Shown piece after piece: positions 35,639-44,000 of a stretch of DNA of 52,408 nt (within the stretch, counting starts at the first letter, position 1; the number at the start of each line of letters is the position of its first letter). The notes below the pieces were generated by a model. The model did no database searches. It was not told where the DNA came from and saw only the letters and a list, made by a program, of their open reading frames with translations. The DNA comes from an uncultured bacterium. GTDB lineage: Bacteria; Joyebacterota; Joyebacteria; Joyebacterales; Joyebacteraceae. The stretch is taken from the NCBI GenBank assembly GCA_964572375.1, contig CAZNHF010000001.1:1-52408 (forward strand). The letters run 5' to 3'. Both the position numbers and the translations under genes were made by a program.

Positions 35639-36871
35639 ATGGGACTCCTGCGAACGTCATCTATCTGCGCAGTCGTCTGCGTCGCGCTCGTTCTCGCCGT
35701 GACTTCCACGGCTGCGAAGTCGCCTGAGAGCGCCAAGCCGGTCTTCACCGACCCCAACCCCACGTCGCGCGCCACGATCATCTGGTTCGATGACATGGAG
35801 AGTGGTACGAACGGCTGGACGACCGTGGACCACACGGCCGGCGCCACACCACGCTTCCACGTCGATACGTACATGGTCAACCACGGCTCGTACCTCTACT
35901 GGTGCGGGACGTTCGACTACGACGCCGACGGAGGGTACGGCAACAGCTGGGACCACCGCCTCGGTATCCCGGCGACGGATGTGACCGCAGCGTACTACCC
36001 GGTCCTGACCTTCGCGTATCGGTACGACTCGGAGGCCGGCTACGACTACACGTACGTCCAGGCCGAGAGCATGAGCGTCTGGAAGGACCTCAACTCCGGG
36101 TACGACGGCACGAGCGCGGGCTGGCAGGACCTCGGATCATACGGGTTCGTGCTTGGCGCGTACGACAATCCGCTCGTCGCGAGATTCCGCTTCCTGTCGG
36201 ACGGCTCCTACTCCGACGAGGACGGCAACTACTCGTCGGTCGGCGGCGCGTTCATGGTCGACAACATCAAGGTCTTCGACTTCTACGGCGGCGCCGAGTA
36301 CTTCTATGATGACGTCGAGGACGGCGTAGGTCTGTGCACTCCGTCCGTGCCCGGCGCTGCGGGGAACTTCTGGCACATCATCGATCGGATGTGTCCGGCG
36401 TTCTCGGATCCGCACAGCTGGTGGTGCGGCGACGACGCGGACACCGGACTCATCGCGGGCAACATCGACAACTCACTGACCACACCGATGATCAGCCTCT
36501 ACGCCCTTACGGGCGCATCCACCTGCACGCTGCGCTACGCGATGCACATGGAAGTGCCGCAGGTGGACAACGACGGCGTCAGCGAGTACATCTCCACGGA
36601 CGGCGTGACGTGGTATCAGACCGGCGCTTGGTGGGGCGACTTCGAGCAATGCGATGGCTGGGCCAACTCCGGCCTCGGCGGCATCGATGTGACCCCGTTT
36701 CTCCCGGCATCGAACGTCTGGTACCGGTTCCGGTTCTCGACGACGGACAACGGCTGCGGCCCCGGCGTTGCGGGCGGCGCCGGAATCATGATCGACGACT
36801 TCTGGATCGAGGCCACGGCCACGCCGGTCGAACAGTCGAGTTGGGGCAGCATCAAGGCTTTCTATCGTTGA
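35639..36871 (+). CDS. Secreted protein, paralogue 2; same two-module architecture; C-terminal SWGSIKAFYR
   Basis: 410 aa with a signal peptide. Motifs DDMESGTNGWTT, YWCGT/WWCGDDADT and MVDNIKVFDFYGG are colinear with paralogue 1. Confidence 0.85.
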   Translation: MGLLRTSSICAVVCVALVLAVTSTAAKSPESAKPVFTDPNPTSRATIIWFDDMESGTNGWTTVDHTAGATPRFHVDTYMVNHGSYLYWCGTFDYDADGGYGNSWDHRLGIPATDVTAAYYPVLTFAYRYDSEAGYDYTYVQAESMSVWKDLNSGYDGTSAGWQDLGSYGFVLGAYDNPLVARFRFLSDGSYSDEDGNYSSVGGAFMVDNIKVFDFYGGAEYFYDDVEDGVGLCTPSVPGAAGNFWHIIDRMCPAFSDPHSWWCGDDADTGLIAGNIDNSLTTPMISLYALTGASTCTLRYAMHMEVPQVDNDGVSEYISTDGVTWYQTGAWWGDFEQCDGWANSGLGGIDVTPFLPASNVWYRFRFSTTDNGCGPGVAGGAGIMIDDFWIEATATPVEQSSWGSIKAFYR

Positions 36872-36933
36872 TCGTGACGAACCTCCCCCGCTTCCAGCGC
36901 ACGCGGGAGCCCGGCGAGCAGAGGTCATACTCG

Positions 36934-36972
36934 GAGAAGAGCCCCCGGCCGAACGGTCGGGGGCTTCTCTTT
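36934..36972 (+). terminator. Rho-independent terminator after paralogue 2
   Basis: GAGAAGAGCCCCCG...CGGGGGCTTCTC stem followed by TTTGGG. Confidence 0.7.
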
Positions 36973-37178
36973 GGGCGGCATCCGGTGGCCCGGCGCGGCA
37001 TCACATATAGAGAGACACTTACAGAGGGACACTCCCGACGGGCCTCGACTCCACATCCTGGCTCCGCCGGCGGTCGGCTGCGGGGACTCAGTCATGCGTT
37101 GTGGCTCAAGAAACGGCCCCTGCGGGGCTCAACGGCCTGATATGGCGCCGTGAATAGCGGTCACGTCCTCACCAATCC

Positions 37179-37207
37179 TTGACGAACGGCCGTAATTGAG
37201 GTAAAAT
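37179..37207 (+). promoter_or_regulatory. Putative promoter TTGACG-N17-TAAAAT for C25 peptidase 1
   Basis: Hexamers at 37179-37184 and 37202-37207, in the AT-richest stretch of this intergenic region. Confidence 0.5.
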
Positions 37208-37258
37208 ACTATATTGACGCGAGTTGCACTGATATCGCACCCGCCAAGGGAGGGATTG

Positions 37259-40200
37259 ATGCGCCTGTCGGGGCTCAGGCTTGCTGTGTTCGCGGTGGTC
37301 GTCCTGCTCACCGCCTGCTGTCTCGCGTCGTCGGCATCCGCCACGTCCGCGCTGACGGCCACGATAGATTTCACCGAAGCTGATATCTCCACCGTAGAGC
37401 ACCACGGTCACGACGTGGTGTCGATCAGTGGCTTGAGGACGACGCTCGAACTCGGGCGTCCCGAGCTGCCGGTCCGCTATGTTCGCTTCGTCCTCCCCGA
37501 CGGAATGACCGCCACCGGCGTGACGGCTTCCGTGGACGGCGCGTACGCGCTCGACGGCCGCTACGATGTGCGGCCCGTCCAGCCCCAGCAGCCCTTCTCG
37601 CTCCCGTATGTCGCCCAGTGGCGGGATGCGGACCCCGAGGTCTATCAGGCGGCACAGCCGTATCCGTCGGCTCCGGCGCGATTCATCGACACGGGGAACG
37701 TAGGCGGATACACCGTGGCGACGGTGGCCGTCTACCCGCTCCAGTACGAACCGACGAGGGGCGTCCTTACACTCAACAGCTCCGTCGAGATATCCCTCGA
37801 GCTGGCTCCCGCGGAGCGCATGCACCGACAGCCGGCGGCGAGGTCCGACCGTGCGGAGACCGCGGTAGCTGAGCGTGTCCGAAGCATGGTCGAAAACCCC
37901 GGCGACATTACTCGTTCCTCCGCGCTCGGTGCGAGAGACGCGGGGATCGACTACCTCGTTATCACCGGTCCGGACTACGTCGATGAGTTCCAGCCGCTCG
38001 CGGACTGGAAGACGGACAAGGGCGTTCCCGCCGAGATCGTCACGACCTCGTGGATCTACTCGAACTACTCCGGCGTCGACAACCAGGAGAAGATCCGCAA
38101 CTGCATCATCGACTACTACGAGACGCAGGGCACGACCTGGATCCTCCTGGCCGGCGACACGGACGTGGTACCGGCGCGCACGGCGTTCGCGATGGACGTC
38201 GGCACCGCAAGTGAGAACGCGCTCCAGTGCGATCTCTACTTCTCCGACCTCGACGGCACGTGGAACGGCGACGGCGACAGCACGTGGGGCGAGATCACGC
38301 AGGACACCATCGATCTCTACGCGGACGTATTCGTCGGCCGTGCTCCGGTGAACACATCGGCCGAGGCCTCGCTCTTCGTCACGAAGGTCCTTACCTACGA
38401 AGGCGCCCCGACAGGTAACACGCTCCCGACCGACTATCAGGAGAAGCTCCTGTTCCTGGCCGAAGTGCTGTGGGACGAGCCCTGGACGGATCATGCCATC
38501 TGCAAGAACATGATCGACGACGATTCGGTCCCGCCCAGCTTCGACCCGATCACGAAGCTCTACCAGACGAACGGACTGCTGACCAAGTCGCGTACGATCT
38601 CCGAGCTCAACGAGGGTCAGAACATCACGAACCACAACGGTCACGCCAACTACAACGTGATGAGCATAGGGAGCTCCGCGCTCTACATCAGCGACATGGA
38701 CGGTCTGTCCAACTACGATCGCCAGGGCATCTGGTACACGATTGGCTGCTACCCGGCCGCGATCGACTACAACTGCATCGCCGAGCACTGGATGAACTCC
38801 CAGGGCGGCGGCGTCGCCTTCATCGGCAACAGCCGTTACGGATGGGGCTCGCCCGGTGGCCCGGGCAACGGCACCTCCGACCGCTACGACCGCGAGTTCT
38901 TCCGCCAGCTCTTCAACGAGGGTCACGACATCATCGGCATCGCGCACGCGGCTCACAAGGACGAGTTCGTAAGCGAGGCGCGGAGCGACGGCTACACTCG
39001 TTACGTCCTCTACGAGCTCAACCTTCTCGGCGATCCCGAGATGCGCATCTGGACGAGCACGCCGTCGATGGCAATGGTGAACCATCCGGACTCTGTGCCG
39101 CTCTCGGGCGAGCCGTTCCTCGTGACGGTCCGAGGCTCCGACGGACACGCGATCCCGGACGCTCTCGTCTATTTCCACAACGCCGAGATCGCCGAGACAT
39201 TCACGACCGGCCCCGACGGCATCGCCGCAATAGACATCGACCCGACGATCGTCGGGTCGGTCACGATGACGATCACCGGCCCCGGCATGCTTCCGTACTC
39301 CGAGTCGCTCACGATCGCGGACGTGCCATCGGACACGACGCCGCCGACGGACGTAGAGACCCTCACGGCCGCCGACCCGTTCGACCTCGGCAGCGAGATC
39401 CAGCTTGACTGGACCGGCTACGCGGCGCCATCCGATTTCGCCGCGTACTGCGTCTATCGAGGTACTGAGTCGTTCAGCGACATCTCCGGACGCTCCCCTG
39501 TCGCGACCGGCTTCCTGTCCGCGGGAGAGACGACGTGGAGCGACGCGTCGGTCGTCGACACGCAGCCGTACTACTACGCGGTCGTTGCGGTCGACCTCTG
39601 GGGCAACGTCGACGAGACAGTGACCTCGGTCGGCCCGATCGCTTCCAGCGTCAATGCGCGTATCCTCCTATGGGACGCCGACGACGGCGACCTGCCCTTC
39701 GACGGAATCAACGACGCGTACGCCGTCGACGACGGTACTGAGGTCGCATGGCTGCAGGCGCTCGATTCGATCGGCGAACTCTACAAGTACAGTGTGACGA
39801 TCCCGACGGACCTCTCGCCGTACGACCTCATCATCTATCTTGGTGGTGTCGTGAACTTCGGCGGGCTGAACGTCCAGATGACCGAGGACGAGGCGGCTGC
39901 TCTGCTTTCATTCACGGACGCGGGCGGGAGCCTCTACATCGAGGAACCGAACTTCGGCGGTCAGTACAGCGAGAGCGGCAGCGCATCACAGCTGGACCTC
40001 TGGGAGCGGTTCCACTGTACGTACGCGATGGGTAACGCGAAGGCGACGGGCAACGTCCAGACGCTGACCGGCCAGTCCGGAGTGGTCACCAGCGGGATGA
40101 TCTATTCGTACGACTACCAGGCCGACCCGGATCAGTTCGTCGGCAGGGTCGGCCCGAATGGCGACCCCGGCTCTGAACTCCTCTGGTCGGACCAGGGCGC

Positions 40201-40663
40201 CGAGACACGCGGCGCCGTCTACACGGATGCAGCCAACGGGGCGAAGCGCTACATGGTGCCGGTATTGCTGGGCGCGATGACCGGTTCAGGATACCCGTCG
40301 ACGCACCTCGAGTACGTCACGAGATTCCTTGACGACCTCTCCCTCATCGGGACGACGGGCGTCGGTGACGACGTCGGTGTGATCGCTCACCGGCTGGACC
40401 AGAACAGCCCGAACCCGTTCAACCCGACGACGACAGTGCAGTACTTCGTCGGATCAGGCGATGCACCGACCCGCCTTGCCGTCTATGACGTGCGGGGGCG
40501 CCTCGTGGCAACGCTGGTCGACGGCCCGTCGGACGCGGGTCAGCACACGGTCGTGTGGGACGGGACGGATTCCCGTGGCCGCCAGGTCTCATCCGGCATC
40601 TACTTCCTCCGGGCCGAGATCGCTGGCTGGACGGACGCCCGCAAGATGGTGCTTCTGAAGTAG
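37259..40663 (+). CDS. Gingipain-like cysteine peptidase (family C25) with Ig-like, FN3, an unassigned module and a FlgD/Por-secretion-tail-like C-terminal domain
   Basis: 1134 aa from ATG 37259. Signal peptide/lipobox LLTAC and a C25 propeptide-like N-terminus. DYLVITGPDYVDEFQPLADWKTDKG, candidate catalytic His in NHNGHANYN and Cys in WYTIGCYPAA. C-terminus LDQNSPNPFNPTTTV...GIYFLRAEIAGWTDARKMVLLK. Confidence 0.9.
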   Translation: MRLSGLRLAVFAVVVLLTACCLASSASATSALTATIDFTEADISTVEHHGHDVVSISGLRTTLELGRPELPVRYVRFVLPDGMTATGVTASVDGAYALDGRYDVRPVQPQQPFSLPYVAQWRDADPEVYQAAQPYPSAPARFIDTGNVGGYTVATVAVYPLQYEPTRGVLTLNSSVEISLELAPAERMHRQPAARSDRAETAVAERVRSMVENPGDITRSSALGARDAGIDYLVITGPDYVDEFQPLADWKTDKGVPAEIVTTSWIYSNYSGVDNQEKIRNCIIDYYETQGTTWILLAGDTDVVPARTAFAMDVGTASENALQCDLYFSDLDGTWNGDGDSTWGEITQDTIDLYADVFVGRAPVNTSAEASLFVTKVLTYEGAPTGNTLPTDYQEKLLFLAEVLWDEPWTDHAICKNMIDDDSVPPSFDPITKLYQTNGLLTKSRTISELNEGQNITNHNGHANYNVMSIGSSALYISDMDGLSNYDRQGIWYTIGCYPAAIDYNCIAEHWMNSQGGGVAFIGNSRYGWGSPGGPGNGTSDRYDREFFRQLFNEGHDIIGIAHAAHKDEFVSEARSDGYTRYVLYELNLLGDPEMRIWTSTPSMAMVNHPDSVPLSGEPFLVTVRGSDGHAIPDALVYFHNAEIAETFTTGPDGIAAIDIDPTIVGSVTMTITGPGMLPYSESLTIADVPSDTTPPTDVETLTAADPFDLGSEIQLDWTGYAAPSDFAAYCVYRGTESFSDISGRSPVATGFLSAGETTWSDASVVDTQPYYYAVVAVDLWGNVDETVTSVGPIASSVNARILLWDADDGDLPFDGINDAYAVDDGTEVAWLQALDSIGELYKYSVTIPTDLSPYDLIIYLGGVVNFGGLNVQMTEDEAAALLSFTDAGGSLYIEEPNFGGQYSESGSASQLDLWERFHCTYAMGNAKATGNVQTLTGQSGVVTSGMIYSYDYQADPDQFVGRVGPNGDPGSELLWSDQGAETRGAVYTDAANGAKRYMVPVLLGAMTGSGYPSTHLEYVTRFLDDLSLIGTTGVGDDVGVIAHRLDQNSPNPFNPTTTVQYFVGSGDAPTRLAVYDVRGRLVATLVDGPSDAGQHTVVWDGTDSRGRQVSSGIYFLRAEIAGWTDARKMVLLK

Positions 40664-40680
40664 ACCGCCAGCCCGATACG

Positions 40681-40718
40681 GCGAGCGCGTCAGGGACAAA
40701 GTTCCTTGACGCGCTCGC
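40681..40718 (+). terminator. Strong hairpin (16-bp stem) terminating C25 peptidase 1
   Basis: GCGAGCGCGTCAGGGA / TCCTTGACGCGCTCGC with a 6-nt loop, followed by ATTATTGTG. It overlaps the -35 of the next promoter. Confidence 0.55.
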
Positions 40719-40734
40719 ATTATTGTGATAACAT
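40706..40734 (+). promoter_or_regulatory. Putative promoter TTGACG-N17-TAACAT for C25 peptidase 2
   Basis: Hexamers at 40706-40711 and 40729-40734. This implies a leader of about 340 nt. Confidence 0.45.
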
Positions 40735-40935
40735 AGCATCGATAACTGATACTCCACAGATTGCCGCACACTGGGCGAAACGCATCGCAGGAGAGACATC
40801 ACGCTCCACACTGCTACTGCTCTGGGCGAATCGAGTCGATAAGCACAAGACGCGTAACGCGCGGGGTGTCCGGATGGCCGGACCCGGCAGTGGTTGGTGT
40901 GTGGATGCTCGCCCACCGAACGCAGCACGATGAAC

Positions 40936-40981
40936 CGGGACCGGGTGCCAGACAACGCCTCGGTCCCGTTTGTGTCTCTGT
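40936..40981 (+). promoter_or_regulatory. Leader hairpin plus U-rich tract (possible attenuator) upstream of C25 peptidase 2
   Basis: CGGGACCG (40936-40943) pairs with CGGTCCCG (40961-40968), followed by TTTGTGTCTCTGT. Confidence 0.3.
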
Positions 40982-41079
40982 GTCCGAATCGCTGGAGCGG
41001 TCTGTCGAAGTCGGGAGACTGGATGGAACGAGGGAGCAGAGCTCACTCAAGTGCCGAGCAACCGAAGAAGGAGGACGTG

Positions 41080-44000
41080 ATGACCTTGAGATCCGCGCTG
41101 ACCTGGCTCGCCGTCGGGTTCATGACGATTGCCGCCGTTGCGGCCGTCGCGGCCGATCCGACGATCGATGTTGCTGTCGACCTGTCTGAGATCGAGTTCA
41201 TGGCCGAAGGACGTCTCGTAACGCCGATCATCGACGGGTACCGCTCGCTCGCCGAGGAGGGCGCCCCGAGCATTCCCGCTCGTGTTGTCCACTTCGTGAT
41301 TCCGGCCGACATGAACGTCGCGGACGTCATCGTCTCGTACACCGATGAGGAGACACTGCCCGGGACATACCGGATCGCTCCGATGCAGCCGGAGCTTCCG
41401 ATCGGAGAAGAGAGAGCTCCGGTCGATGCTTCGAAGGAGATCTACGAGAGCGACGCGGTCTACCCGCAGGAAAGGGCCGTCTATCTCGGTGACGGCTACC
41501 TTGGCGGATACCACATCGTGACGGTGGCCCTCCACCCCCTCCGCTATCATCCCGAGAGCGGACGTCTGGTCATCTCGAACGGCCTCGAGGCGAGGCTCGA
41601 ACTCGCACCCTCGGCCGATCGTTCGGCTCCGCGCTATCGCATGACAGCGGATGCAGCCGAGACCTACCGCAGAGTCGTGAGCGGCATGGTCGAGAACCCC
41701 GAGGACATCGCGGCCTGCGCGAAGCAGGGCGTCGACGTCGTCAGCGGGAATTCGCCCGGCGGATTCGTCCCGCGCTACTCCCCCTCGCTGGAGGGCAGCC
41801 TGGTCGAGTACGTCATCATCACGAACGAGGAGTACGAATCCTACTTCCAGCAGATCGCGGACTGGAAGACGAAGAAGGGCATCCCGGCAGTGGTCCGCAC
41901 GGTCTCGTGGATCAACGCGAACTACTCCGGTGGCGCTGATACGGCTGAGCGCATCCGTCTGTTCATCCGGGACGCGTTCGCCTCTTGGGGCACGACATAC
42001 GTGCTCCTCGGCGGAGACACCGGCGTCATCCCGCCTCGCTACGCCGTGTCAGCCTACTACGGCGGCTGGGAGATCTCGACCGACCTCTACTACAGCGACC
42101 TCGACGGCAACTGGAACGGCGACGGCGACAGCGTGTTCGGGGAGGGCTACAGCGGTCCGAGCGCTGTGGGCGACAGCCTCGACCTCTACCCGGACGTCTT
42201 CGTAGGCCGCGCGCCGGTCGCGACGATCATCGAAGCCGAGACGTTCGTCAACAAGACCTTCGAGTACATCACAAGCCCCAACCCGGTCTTCGCCGAGCGG
42301 AACCTCTACCTCGCTGAGGTGCTCTTCCCGTACGACTGGGAAGACGGAATGCTCATCAGCACCGACGGCGCCGAGGACGTGGTGGAGCCCGTGCTGTCGC
42401 TCGTTCCTCCCAACATCCACAACGCGCTGCTCTACCAGAACTACGATCCGTTCCCGCAGTCGTGGCCACTGAACCGCGTGGCAGCGATCGACTCGATGGA
42501 CCTCGGCTACAACATCGTGTCGCACGTCGGCCACGGCAACAAGGACATCATGCGCTGCAGCCGCTTAAACTATGTCACGCTGCAAGACGTCGACGCCCTT
42601 GTCAACGGACAGACCAAGGCCGGCTACTTCTGGATGCTCAACTGCACATCGACGGCGATCGAGTACGACTGCATCGCCGAGCACCTGATGAACAACCCCA
42701 ACGGCGGCGCCTCATCGCTGTTCGGGCCGACGCGGTTCTGCTTCCCGACGACTGCCAAGGACTACTACTACTCGTGGTTCGACTACCTCTACGTACAAGG
42801 CACGCAGCGTGCCGGAGTCGTCAGCGCGGCGTGCAAGACCCCGTACGTGGCGGAGTCCGGATACGACAACACTGACCGCTGGACCCAGATGAGCCACACG
42901 TATCTCGGCGACCCCGAGATGCGGCTCTGGACGGCGCGCCCCAAGAACCTGACGGTCGTCCACGCCAGCACCAAACCTCTCGGGGACGTCAGCCTGAGCG
43001 TTTCGGTCTCGAATCCGGCAGCAGTGGACAGCGCCCTTGTCTGCGTCATGAAGGGCACCGAAGTCTACGCCCGCGGCTACACGAACGCCTCCGGCCAGCT
43101 GGTCCTCTCGTTCACACCTGAGACGACAGGCCAGATGACGATCACGGTCACGGCCGCGAACCATCTGCCCTACGAAGACACGATCGCGATTACGTCGACC
43201 GCCGGCGCTCACGTATCGTTCGGCTCCGTTACGATCGACGACGACGCCCTCGGACTGAGTGACGGCAACGCCAACGGCGTGGCTGAGGCCGGCGAAACGA
43301 TTCAGCTCAGCATGCTCGTCCGGAACGCCGGCCAGTCGGCCGCGACGGGAGTGACGGCGACGCTCGTCTCGGTTGATCCGCTCCTCTCGCTCGTGGACGA
43401 CACCGAGTACCTCGGTGATCTGAACGCCACGAGTCAGGCACAGTTCGACTCGATCTTCGCGGTTCAGCTCTCGAACGACTGCGTCGACGAGTATGAAACC
43501 GTGCTCGAGGTTCAGTTCGAGGACACCGTCACGAGAACGACGTGGACCGACGACTACACACTCCGCGTGCTTCGTCCGCTGCCGCGGATGCAGTTCACGG
43601 AATCAACGGATGACGGGAACGGCGACGGCATTCCTCACCCGGGTGAGACCGTCACGTTCACCGTCCAGCTGCTCAACGAGGGCAACGGCGATGCGGATGT
43701 TCTGACCGGCGTACTCAGGTACCCGAACGCAGAGGTGACGCTCGTCGACAGCACAGAGACCTGGGGCGACATCTCCGCAGGCGCGGCTGCCGACGGAACC
43801 GACGGCTTCCAGTTCTCGGTCGTGAGCACCGCCACTCAGCATCTGCGCCTCGCACTCGCGGACGAGGACGGCAAGGAGTGGACGATCCTCTTCGACCTCG
43901 TGCCGCCCGACCAGCCGCTCAACCTCGACGGAAACGTCAGGTCGACGACGATCTTCCTCACGTGGGATCCCGTGGCCCAGGAGGATCTCTGGGGCTACAA

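Noticed and set aside
37169-39178. 669-aa minus-strand ORF
   Set aside because: It is antisense to the well-supported C25 peptidase 1. The translation is R/V/D/E-rich and motif-free, so it is a shadow ORF.
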